Shown: positions 17,860 through 25,210 of the stretch, one piece after another
Numbering within the stretch: the stretch's first letter is position 1
Layout of the letters: every line of letters starts with the position of its first letter
Source of the DNA: a virus
DNA length: 64,000 nt
Virus record (IMG/VR): IMGVR_UViG_3300045988_154248
Direction: 5' to 3' (one strand)
Program-made: the position numbers and the translations under genes
The notes under the pieces: generated by a model
The model's database searches: none
What the model was told of the DNA's origin: nothing
What the model saw: only the letters and a program-made list of their open reading frames with translations

Positions 17860-18162
17860 TCATTCCTTTAAATGTGGTAAAATAATGTCATGCATAATAC
17901 CTTCTCGATTGATGTGTTCGATATCTTGTATCGTAGAATATAATTGCATATGTTCGATTATTTCATCTCTGTTAAGGAAAATAGTTTTTGCTTTTTTAAT
18001 TAACTTACACCCTTCTGCAGGTGTAGTTATTTTTTTACTTTCTTCATTTTGATCATAATCAATTGTATAAATAAGAATTTTGTACTTCTTGTTCTTTTTT
18101 TCAAGTTCTTTCATTTTCTGCATCGCTTGGTTGTAATCAGAGTATTCATATGCTTCTATCAT
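17860..18162 (-). CDS. hypothetical protein immediately downstream of mazF-like gene (candidate cognate antitoxin, unproven)
   Basis: ORF track 100 aa; starts 4 nt after the toxin stop. Confidence 0.5.
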   Translation of the reverse strand: MIEAYEYSDYNQAMQKMKELEKKNKKYKILIYTIDYDQNEESKKITTPAEGCKLIKKAKTIFLNRDEIIEHMQLYSTIQDIEHINREGIMHDIILPHLKE

Positions 18163-18166
18163 CTTA

Positions 18167-18538
18167 TCATCCCTCCATTAATAATGTCTGTAAACTAATC
18201 TGCATTGCTCTGTTCACTTCTTTTTGCTTTTTGGGACTAATCTCTCCGATCTTATCCAACAATCTAGCTTTATCTATTGTTTTAATTTGTTCACATGTTA
18301 CTAACGAATCGGAACTTAATCCATTCAACGCATCTTTTTCCAAAATGACATGAGTAGGAAGATTGGGCTTCCTTTTTGATGTGATTGCCACGACTATGGT
18401 TGTTGGAGAATGTTTATTCCCAATGTTATTTTGGACAACAAGTGCTGGGCGTTTTCCGCCTTGTTCAGATCCTTTCGTTTTCCCGAAATCTACCCAATAG
18501 ATTTCACCACGTTTAATTTCGCCACAATGTACATCCAT
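18167..18538 (-). CDS. mazF: MazF/PemK/EndoA-family mRNA interferase toxin
   Basis: GEIYWVDFGKTKGSEQGGKRPALVVQNNIGNKHSPTTIVVAITS matches the PemK-family core. Confidence 0.8.
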   Translation of the reverse strand: MDVHCGEIKRGEIYWVDFGKTKGSEQGGKRPALVVQNNIGNKHSPTTIVVAITSKRKPNLPTHVILEKDALNGLSSDSLVTCEQIKTIDKARLLDKIGEISPKKQKEVNRAMQISLQTLLMEG

Positions 18539-18581
18539 ACCCGGTTCCTCCTTTCTCTCTTGTTTTTCTTACGTTGAACTC

Positions 18582-18610
18582 ATTATATCAACATATCTTT
18601 AATATGTCAA
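18582..18610 (-). promoter_or_regulatory. consensus sigma-70 promoter for the mazF-like operon
   Basis: Minus strand reads TTGACA (18610-18605), a 17-nt spacer, then TATAAT (18587-18582), about 40 nt upstream of the SD. Confidence 0.65.
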
Positions 18611-18686
18611 TACTTAATATAAATATATCTTTATTATTTTCGCTATTATATTACAATTTATCTTTATTTACATAAACATATCTTTA
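18593..18686. repeat. four direct repeats (A/T)TATCTTTA, operator-like
   Basis: Copies at 18593-18601, 18625-18633, 18658-18666 (TTATCTTTA) and 18678-18686. The first lies inside the mazF promoter spacer and the last abuts the HTH-gene -35. Confidence 0.6.
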
Positions 18687-18715
18687 TGGATTTTCTTATT
18701 TAATTATGTTATAAT
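18687..18715 (+). promoter_or_regulatory. extended -10 promoter for the HTH gene
   Basis: TGtTATAAT at 18707-18715; weak -35 TGGATT at 18687-18692 with a 17-nt spacer. Confidence 0.5.
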
Positions 18716-18735
18716 CATTGACACGGAGGTGCAAT

Positions 18736-19065
18736 ATGATTAAATTAGATATCCAACATTTAATATTGACTAAGTATAAAAGTCAAGCTGCATTTGCAGA
18801 AGCTACTGATCTCTCTTTACCATCAGTGTCAAAAATTTGTTCTGGTAATATGGCAAGTATTCGCTTTGAAACTCTTGAAAAAATTTGTGAAGCATTAGAA
18901 TGCACCCCGAATGATCTACTTACTTCCGATAAAAACGAATGGGATACAAAAATTCCATCACATGTTACAGAATATATTGATCGAATGGAACATATCTCGC
19001 AAGAAATCCAGGATGCGAGTTTCCGTTATAGAGCTGCAGCATATCATAAAAAAAGCGATGACTAA
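18736..19065 (+). CDS. XRE/Cro-C1-type helix-turn-helix transcriptional regulator
   Basis: KSQAAFAEATDLSLPSVSKICSGNMASIRFETLEKICEALECTPNDLL is an HTH_3/HTH_26-like core. ATG 18736 sits behind GGAGG; divergent from mazF. Confidence 0.7.
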   Translation: MIKLDIQHLILTKYKSQAAFAEATDLSLPSVSKICSGNMASIRFETLEKICEALECTPNDLLTSDKNEWDTKIPSHVTEYIDRMEHISQEIQDASFRYRAAAYHKKSDD

Positions 19066-19081
19066 ACCAGCCATCGCTTTC

Positions 19082-19276
19082 TTACTGCTCATATTCAGAT
19101 CCGCTCAAATCCATTCGAAAATTGATTTCTTGTATACACCACCGATACAGTCTTTCTGCATTCTCATTATCTTTCCGATCTCGATCCGTAAAAATCATTA
19201 ATTCTATTACATTCTCTTCTGGCATATTCCTCAAATCTGCAGGTGTTACTGTATAGTCCAAATATTTTGGAATCAT
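19082..19276 (-). CDS. hypothetical protein
   Basis: Track frame; start set at ATG 19276 (ATGA overlap with upstream stop). Confidence 0.5.
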   Translation of the reverse strand: MIPKYLDYTVTPADLRNMPEENVIELMIFTDRDRKDNENAERLYRWCIQEINFRMDLSGSEYEQ

Positions 19277-19467
19277 TTTTCTTTCACACCGTTTCGTTTT
19301 AATATTTCTGTTACTTGAGACACGGGAATGCAAAATCTTCTGGAAACTGCTTTCTTATCATGATATTTATCGAAATCTTCTAATATATCTTTATCTGTCC
19401 ACTCTAACTGAATGGGAGCATTCATATAGTTTTCCATTGTTCTCTCCTTTTGAAATGTCTGATTCAT
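19273..19467 (-). CDS. hypothetical protein, possible HTH
   Basis: ORF track 64 aa; C-terminal KKAVSRRFCIPVSQVTEILKRNG. Confidence 0.45.
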   Translation of the reverse strand: MNQTFQKERTMENYMNAPIQLEWTDKDILEDFDKYHDKKAVSRRFCIPVSQVTEILKRNGVKEK

Positions 19468-19643
19468 TAATTGAAAACAAATTGAAAATCTTTATCGTTT
19501 ATTTCACATGTAATGAGTTCTTTGTTGTTGTCAAGAATATCTACAACAGCACTTTCATATCTTGAATAAGCTGCTGTACATTCATATTCTTTACCTTCCG
19601 TAAAATGTTCATCGGTTTTTCTACAAATAGCCTTATTGTTCAT
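19467..19643 (-). CDS. small hypothetical protein (58 aa)
   Basis: Own call: MNNKAICRKTDEHFTEGKEYECTAAYSRYES..; GGAGGG SD; TAATG overlap downstream. Confidence 0.45.
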   Translation of the reverse strand: MNNKAICRKTDEHFTEGKEYECTAAYSRYESAVVDILDNNKELITCEINDKDFQFVFN

Positions 19644-19733
19644 CTTATCCCTCCGTTTGAAGCCATTCTAACATAGTCTTTAAATTCTCCAAAGCTCATT
19701 GTAATTACTTTTACATTTTTCATATCGATCACT

Positions 19734-20267
19734 TTACCTTTCTAAATATTTTGTTGGTACTTCTTTGGTTAACCAAACATTATTCACAGACAGGAAAAAC
19801 TTGTATCCATCTCTGCACATTTGCCCTGAGTTTACTTGATATACGATTTCTTTTCCATGTCTCTTACCAACCTGTTCAGCCGTTTCCACATCTGTTGAAA
19901 GATGAACATATAACCGGCTTTTTGGAATTAACCCAATCTGATCGATTGACACTACGTATTTTTCGCCAGTTCCATGATATAAAAATTCTGGTGGCTGTTT
20001 CTCTTCTAACTCTACATCTACAGGAATCGAATGTCCTTGGTTGCATCTGATCAGTGTTTTATCTTCATTAAAAGAGTATCTTCCCTTCGAATCTGTTTCT
20101 ACGATCTCGTACAGATGATCCAGATCGAATCCAGGATTGTCTTTCCTAATCCCGTCAATCAGTTCGTCGACATTAGCCCACCCATGTTCATCCAAAGTAA
20201 TGCCAATTGCTTCTGGTTTATGTCTGAGAATCAAACACATGTATTTACTAATATTTTCTAAGTTCAT
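19734..20267 (-). CDS. kptA: RNA 2'-phosphotransferase (Tpt1/KptA family, NAD+-dependent)
   Basis: [48 protein letters not shown] and LYVHLS match the conserved Tpt1 blocks; 177 aa. Confidence 0.85.
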   Translation of the reverse strand: MNLENISKYMCLILRHKPEAIGITLDEHGWANVDELIDGIRKDNPGFDLDHLYEIVETDSKGRYSFNEDKTLIRCNQGHSIPVDVELEEKQPPEFLYHGTGEKYVVSIDQIGLIPKSRLYVHLSTDVETAEQVGKRHGKEIVYQVNSGQMCRDGYKFFLSVNNVWLTKEVPTKYLER

Positions 20268-20281
20268 GCTTTTACTTCCTT

Positions 20282-20536
20282 TTATTTAATTTTATTTTTC
20301 AGATGCCAAACAAAATCTTTTGAATCAAGTAATGAACCTTCAAACAACTTTTCGCCTTCAGCTTCATAAATTCTCAACGATCCATCAAAACCAACCACAA
20401 TATATTTTCCGTTATATTTTTCCATGTCAATCAGTTTCCATTCAAGTGCTTGATACTGAGTTCCATCTTCCATCACATCTGCATATCCATCATATGTAAA
20501 TAACGGAATGTCAAACATATAAATTATATTATCCAT
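20282..20536 (-). CDS. hypothetical protein
   Basis: ORF track 84 aa. Confidence 0.5.
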   Translation of the reverse strand: MDNIIYMFDIPLFTYDGYADVMEDGTQYQALEWKLIDMEKYNGKYIVVGFDGSLRIYEAEGEKLFEGSLLDSKDFVWHLKNKIK

Positions 20537-20571
20537 ATTTTGTTTCTCCCTTTTGTTGTCTATATTAATTA

Positions 20572-20823
20572 TTATACTGTTTCTATATTTATTACTTCTA
20601 ATAAATTATCTTCCAGCCATTCGCAAATATCTTGTACTACTGCATAAGTATCTTCGTATCCATAGGAGGCATTGCTCCAGGTATAACAATCATTATATTC
20701 GTCAAACCAGATTTCTACAGATTCTCCATTTGACAAATCAAGCCTAATGGAAATTTTATCTTCTTGCTCTTCTGCATATCCCATTTCTTCGACAACATAT
20801 TTGTTAATATCTGCTTCAGTCAC
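20572..20823 (-). CDS. hypothetical acidic protein
   Basis: ORF track 83 aa; GTG start. Confidence 0.5.
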   Translation of the reverse strand: MTEADINKYVVEEMGYAEEQEDKISIRLDLSNGESVEIWFDEYNDCYTWSNASYGYEDTYAVVQDICEWLEDNLLEVINIETV

Positions 20824-20864
20824 AACATTTCACCTGCCTTCTGAAAACAATCTTTCATTTCATT

Positions 20865-21179
20865 TCATTTTATCTCGTTTATAATGTAGTCTGTTACAAT
20901 TTTACCAATAAAATACTCATAGTCACTATCATTATAATATTTTTTAAGACCTCTGAGTACTTTTTCTGCAGATTCAAAATCAGTAGCGATATCAATAGGC
21001 AATTTCCTCTTCCATATAGGCTGTTCTATCCATTTTGGTTCTTTGACTCTAAGTATACCTTCATTGTCTCGACCATACAAATTTATTCCTTTAAGATATT
21101 CCTCTTTCTTTGTGCTCTTGTTCTTTCTTTTTATAATATAATAATCAACTGTGTCTCTATATCTTTCTTCTCTGTACAT
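20865..21179 (-). CDS. hypothetical protein
   Basis: Track frame; start moved to ATG 21179 behind AAGGAGAA. Confidence 0.5.
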   Translation of the reverse strand: MYREERYRDTVDYYIIKRKNKSTKKEEYLKGINLYGRDNEGILRVKEPKWIEQPIWKRKLPIDIATDFESAEKVLRGLKKYYNDSDYEYFIGKIVTDYIINEIK

Positions 21180-21180
21180 A

Positions 21181-21540
21181 CTATTCTCCTTGCACAAAAT
21201 CACACACATTAATTTTATCTACGCATCCATAGCAATGACAGTATTTTTCACATTTCTTGCAAACGCAACTTCTTTTTCTACACTGTTTTTGTTTGGTCCA
21301 CGCAACATTTTCTCTTTCACGCTCTTCAATAAGATCTTTATGTTTTTCTATCCATCCTAGTTCCCGTTCATTCATCTTTCGAAGAATCGTTGTTCCTTCT
21401 GGATCAAGGCACCAATAATCACCATTTAGATAATATTTGACATCATAAACCCACTTATGAATATGATAATCATATCCAAAAACAAATCCAAAACTATCGT
21501 ATTTATAAGGAAGATCTTGCCATTTGTAGTTTCTGTTCAT
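21181..21540 (-). CDS. hypothetical protein with Cys-rich C-terminus
   Basis: ORF track 119 aa; CRKRSCVCKKCEKYCHCYGCVDKINVC. Confidence 0.55.
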   Translation of the reverse strand: MNRNYKWQDLPYKYDSFGFVFGYDYHIHKWVYDVKYYLNGDYWCLDPEGTTILRKMNERELGWIEKHKDLIEERERENVAWTKQKQCRKRSCVCKKCEKYCHCYGCVDKINVCDFVQGE

Positions 21541-21578
21541 CTAATACATCTCGTTTCTATATGAAAGTAAATTTTCAT

Positions 21579-21830
21579 CTATTCATAATACCCTTCTGCT
21601 TCTAGTTGCTTTTTTAAATTTTCAAAGAGTAATGCATCATTGAGCATATTTCCGAACATAATATAGTCTCCACATATGCCATCGATTTCGTATACTTCAT
21701 AGTTTTTGTCACGATCCATTGCATAATGCTCTTTAAAATATTGAGCTGCTTCAAATAAATCATTTGACATACATTCGGAAACCATTCTTGTATTGTCTGC
21801 TGTTAATTCGTTTAAACCAAATCTTTTCAT
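21579..21830 (-). CDS. hypothetical protein
   Basis: ORF track 83 aa; ATG directly follows the TAA of the upstream reading frame. Confidence 0.55.
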   Translation of the reverse strand: MKRFGLNELTADNTRMVSECMSNDLFEAAQYFKEHYAMDRDKNYEVYEIDGICGDYIMFGNMLNDALLFENLKKQLEAEGYYE

Positions 21831-22013
21831 TTATTCACTAACCTCACTCAAATCCTCCCAGCTTCCTGGTACACCAACTCTTTTTAAGTAATCATGTCAG
21901 CCATCCACAGCCACGGATTTACATTTACACCATTTAAAGTCATGTCGTGTTTCACTCTCTATAACATCGCCGCATTTATTGCAGCGAACTTTGTTCACTA
22001 AAATTTTCTTCAT
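21831..22013 (-). pseudogene. small zinc-ribbon gene interrupted by an in-frame TGA (21897-21899)
   Basis: Own translation: MKKILVNKVRCNKCGDVIESETRHDFKWCKCKSVAVDG-TGA-HDYLKRVGVPGSWEDLSEVSE-TAA. AAGGAGGG SD. The extended frame ends exactly at the next gene's ATG. Confidence 0.5.
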
Positions 22014-22045
22014 TTAAAACCCTCCTTTGAAAGCAATTTCTCATA

Positions 22046-22222
22046 CTAAAACATCTTTAATTCTGGCATATGTTTTTGAATAGCGTTACTTCCAATATTT
22101 TCCCAATCAATTTTATTTTCTGGATTAAATAAAATTTCTCTTAATACAGAAGCTCCTCCTTGGTCATTCATTTTATCTAAAATCTCCACAGCTATAATAT
22201 TTTTCACTTCTGATTCTCTCAT
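22046..22222 (-). CDS. small hypothetical protein (58 aa)
   Basis: Own call: MRESEVKNIIAVEILDKMNDQGGASVLREI..; GGAGGTG SD. Confidence 0.45.
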   Translation of the reverse strand: MRESEVKNIIAVEILDKMNDQGGASVLREILFNPENKIDWENIGSNAIQKHMPELKMF

Positions 22223-22252
22223 AATCTACACCTCCTTAGTGAAGTCTTTCAT

Positions 22253-22516
22253 CTACTCTCTAATTGTTTTATAATAACTTCCGAACCAGACATGTACCGG
22301 AGGATTTTTCGCCCCTGGCATTAAAGAACCACTTACCATTTCCATAACCTGGCCAGAATCATTCCATCCATTTGATTCCATTTCTTTTTTATGTTCCATT
22401 CTTTCTTCTTTTGAGTCGTAATAATACTGTTCTATAATCTCTGTGTACTTATCTACGCAGTTATCTCCATCCCACACAAATTTTGTTGTATTATCTTTCA
22501 TTTTAATTCTTTTCAT
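22253..22516 (-). CDS. hypothetical protein
   Basis: ORF track 87 aa. Confidence 0.5.
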   Translation of the reverse strand: MKRIKMKDNTTKFVWDGDNCVDKYTEIIEQYYYDSKEERMEHKKEMESNGWNDSGQVMEMVSGSLMPGAKNPPVHVWFGSYYKTIRE

Positions 22517-22553
22517 ATAATCATCTCCATTCTATATTAAAAACAACTTAATC

Positions 22554-22781
22554 TCATAACATTACCCATAGATTTCTCCCATAATATTCTCTTCTTATAT
22601 GAGAAATATCATTGTCAATTTTTGATAACTCAATCTTTTCAAAAGTTACATTTTTGCAGCCATCCATAGTTCTGTTTCCAAATCTATTTTTAGTACATTC
22701 AATTCCATTTGATGATTCCTCAACCATAACAGAAGTCACTTCTCGTAAATGTTTGATTTTTTGTGTTTCTTCATATGTCAT
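22554..22781 (-). CDS. hypothetical protein
   Basis: ORF track 75 aa. Confidence 0.5.
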   Translation of the reverse strand: MTYEETQKIKHLREVTSVMVEESSNGIECTKNRFGNRTMDGCKNVTFEKIELSKIDNDISHIRREYYGRNLWVML

Positions 22782-22828
22782 ATTATTCGCATCCTTTACA
22801 ATGAAAGCAATTTTTCATTTACCTCATT

Positions 22829-23521
22829 CTATTCTTTAAAATCTACAGGATTTTCAAGTTTCAAAATCTCATCCCTGTGTTCTACCAACGCTACACTTGC
22901 AATAGCATTAATCTTGTTCTGACAGAATGATTCGATTTCTCCTTTTGCTTCCATTACAGTTTTATCCATCTGTTCATTAAACGAATCAGCTATAAAATCC
23001 ATATTACATCCAAGATCCATGCTTAATTTTCTAAGCTTAGATATTATAGATTCTTTATCTGCCTTTGTTAGTGCTTTTTTCTGAGAAAATAAATCGGTTA
23101 CATCTTGGATTAACTGCTGTGATTCATTCATTGTATCTTCTGTTTTACTTTTGAATTCATCAGCGAACTGTTTCCTTTTGCTGATAAAATCACATTCAGG
23201 AATTTTGCCATCTTTTTCTGTATATCTAATAGTACAAGGTATTCCATTCCCTTGACCAAAAGATGTAATTGCCTCTGCAAACTGTGAATAACTCATCTCT
23301 ATTTCTACAATAGGACTTTTACCATAAACCCAATCTCTATTTAATCCACGTTCTATATCAGCATGTTTTACTTCCATTGTAATCACGTTACTATGTTCAA
23401 TACTACTTCCAAACAAACTTCTTTTACAACCGTTAGCTCTATTAAACATGATCGTTCCATATGCCGGATGGCTTGTTTTTGTTCCAAATTTTGTTTCTTC
23501 TACTTTATATTCTTTTTCCAT
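22829..23521 (-). CDS. hypothetical protein (230 aa)
   Basis: ORF track; co-directional; no family recognised. Confidence 0.55.
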   Translation of the reverse strand: MEKEYKVEETKFGTKTSHPAYGTIMFNRANGCKRSLFGSSIEHSNVITMEVKHADIERGLNRDWVYGKSPIVEIEMSYSQFAEAITSFGQGNGIPCTIRYTEKDGKIPECDFISKRKQFADEFKSKTEDTMNESQQLIQDVTDLFSQKKALTKADKESIISKLRKLSMDLGCNMDFIADSFNEQMDKTVMEAKGEIESFCQNKINAIASVALVEHRDEILKLENPVDFKE

Positions 23522-23576
23522 ATATGTTACCTCACTTCCTATTAGATTATTCTCCGTTTAAAGTAGGAATAAATCG

Positions 23577-23792
23577 TCATTTTATCTTGTCTGCTATTTC
23601 TCTAATTTTATCTGCGTTTAAAGGTGCTACTGCATCTGCGAGCTTTCCTTTTGTTTCCTTATAATCTTTGCTATAAGGATCAAATCCAGAAAGACAACAC
23701 CAATTATCTATTTCTTTTTTTAACTTTGCAACTTTAAAACATGCTTCATTTTGTTATTTAATTTTATTCTGTATATACTTGGGTATTTCCAT
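23577..23792 (-). pseudogene. small gene interrupted by an in-frame TAA (23754-23756)
   Basis: Own translation from ATG 23792 (GGAGAATAA SD): MEIPKYIQNKIK-TAA-QNEACFKVAKLKKEIDNWCCLSGFDPYSKDYKETKGKLADAVAPLNADKIREIADKIK-TGA. The 58 open codons after the stop contain no Met. Confidence 0.45.
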
Positions 23793-23836
23793 ACGATTTA
23801 TTCTCCTTTTCAACATCTGAAAGAAAGTTAATTTTG

Positions 23837-23932
23837 TCACCATTTAATTACATATTTTAGCTTTCCATCTTTAAACTGATACGTTCTATTTCCGACTGTC
23901 ACAAAATCATATTTATATTTTTTATTATTCAT
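23837..23932 (-). CDS. small hypothetical protein (31 aa), paralogue of 25105-25200
   Basis: Own call: MNNKKYKYDFVTVGNRTYQFKDGKLKYVIKW. A second copy reads MNNRKYKCDFVTVGNKTYQFVNGKLKWIIKW. Confidence 0.45.
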   Translation of the reverse strand: MNNKKYKYDFVTVGNRTYQFKDGKLKYVIKW

Positions 23933-23943
23933 AAAAATACCTC

Positions 23944-24216
23944 TTATTTCAACGCACCAAGATTTCTCTTGTAACTACGTTCTACTCTACCCCATAATTC
24001 TTTCAAGTAATTTTCTGCATCAACTTTAGCTTCATCAATATTAGATGACTTCATTTTAACTTTTAATTCTGTCGCTGCATCAGTCAACTGAAAATCCTTA
24101 TATCTTAATACTGCTACATTTTCACTTATTTCTTCGATGAATAATGCACTATTTTCTCCATATTCTTTCCCATTATTTTCGTTATGTATAATTTTAACTA
24201 ATTTAATTGTTTTCAT
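23944..24216 (-). CDS. hypothetical protein
   Basis: ORF track 90 aa; its C-terminal ~20 codons recur as a truncated remnant at 25211-25270. Confidence 0.55.
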   Translation of the reverse strand: MKTIKLVKIIHNENNGKEYGENSALFIEEISENVAVLRYKDFQLTDAATELKVKMKSSNIDEAKVDAENYLKELWGRVERSYKRNLGALK

Positions 24217-24574
24217 GTTGTTGTCTAATGTTCATACAACCAATCAAAGCAGAATTTAAGGACTCAAAAGATTTATTACTATCCTTATAATCAATATATC
24301 CATGCCATAAAAGTTTATTTGTAAAATTTCTTTCAAATTCAACAATCTGATAATTATCAATGCAATGTATATCAATTACTCTACCCCATGGAAATTCTTC
24401 TTTGATCAATTTGATTTTTTCTTCGTGTGTTGTTTCTTCTATATAATCTTCAGTTATTATATCTAAATTATTAGATGCATCCCAATTGATAGGACGAAAA
24501 GCAAAATCTCCACCAATATGAATAACTGTTCCGACTATCTCTTTATATTTTACAATGTCTCCAGCTTTTATAAT
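24203..24574 (-). CDS. hypothetical protein; reading frame open well upstream of the track start, no canonical start codon
   Basis: Track ORF 24203-24409 begins at TTG, but the frame stays open to 24583 (IKAGDIVKYKEIVGTVIHIGGDFAFRPINWD..). The only SD (GTGAGGT) is followed by ATT 24574 / ATA 24571. Confidence 0.45.
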   Translation of the reverse strand: MIKAGDIVKYKEIVGTVIHIGGDFAFRPINWDASNNLDIITEDYIEETTHEEKIKLIKEEFPWGRVIDIHCIDNYQIVEFERNFTNKLLWHGYIDYKDSNKSFESLNSALIGCMNIRQQHENN

Positions 24575-24588
24575 ATCTACCTCACTTT

Positions 24589-24792
24589 CTATGCTATCAA
24601 TTCAGCATTTTCATCTATTTTAACAAACTCATTTTGCTTAAACTGTTCTAATGCTATATAAATTTCTGAAATAGACTTACACCAAACAGTATCTTCATAT
24701 CCAACAAAATGTACACTGAAAATATTATCAGGATGCTCGAAGATATTATCTATAAGATTTCTGTCTTGTGTTTGCAATACAATTTTCGACAT
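24589..24792 (-). CDS. hypothetical protein
   Basis: ORF track 67 aa; GGAGGT SD. Confidence 0.5.
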   Translation of the reverse strand: MSKIVLQTQDRNLIDNIFEHPDNIFSVHFVGYEDTVWCKSISEIYIALEQFKQNEFVKIDENAELIA

Positions 24793-24814
24793 ATAAACAT
24801 ACCTCCAGTAAAAA

Positions 24815-24928
24815 TGTGGGCGACAGGACTCGAACCTGTTCTTACTTCTGTCGGCTTGTTTCCGATTTACGAGACTTGCACTCGTTTTACCTCGTCATGT
24901 CAACGCCAGCTTATGCAAATACACCCAC
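24815..24928 (-). tRNA. tRNA-like element, atypically long (114 nt); possible degenerate or insert-bearing tRNA
   Basis: Minus strand: 7-bp acceptor stem GTGGGTG/CGCCCAC (one G-U). Canonical T-arm ACAGG-TTCGAGT-CCTGT. Discriminator A; no encoded CCA. Candidate anticodon hairpin ACGAG-TGCAAGT-CTCGT would read CAA but has G at position 33. About 40 nt more than any standard tRNA. Confidence 0.4.
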
Positions 24929-24942
24929 TTAAAACCGTCACT

Positions 24943-25068
24943 CTAAAATAATTCTTTTAAATGTTTTACCGTTAAGTCCTTGTATTCGTCTACATAATAT
25001 TCATATCCCATATCTGAAAAAAGTTCTATTCTATCTAAATCAACTTTCAAATTACGAATTATATTCAC
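24943..25068 (-). CDS. small hypothetical protein (41 aa, GTG start)
   Basis: Own call: (M)NIIRNLKVDLDRIELFSDMGYEYYVDEYKDLTVKHLKELF; GAGGAGA SD. Confidence 0.4.
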   Translation of the reverse strand: MNIIRNLKVDLDRIELFSDMGYEYYVDEYKDLTVKHLKELF

Positions 25069-25104
25069 AAATATCTCCTCTCTCCCTTTGAAAGTTAAAT
25101 TTCA

Positions 25105-25200
25105 TTACCATTTGATAATCCATTTTAATTTTCCGTTTACGAACTGATATGTTTTATTTCCAACTGTCACAAAATCACATTTATATTTTCTATTATTCAT
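25105..25200 (-). CDS. small hypothetical protein (31 aa), paralogue of 23837-23932
   Basis: Own call; lies inside the second copy of the ~190-bp direct repeat. Confidence 0.45.
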   Translation of the reverse strand: MNNRKYKCDFVTVGNKTYQFVNGKLKWIIKW

Positions 25201-25210
25201 AAGTACCTCT

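Noticed and set aside
21831-23792. Genome-wide stop-codon reassignment (TGA or TAA recoded) to explain the in-frame stops.
   Set aside because: Standard-code ORFs tile the whole window densely, with all three stops used as terminators next to SD-ATG of the following gene. The two interrupted genes use different stops, and TAA reassignment is not known in phages. Local decay, read-through or sequencing error is more parsimonious.
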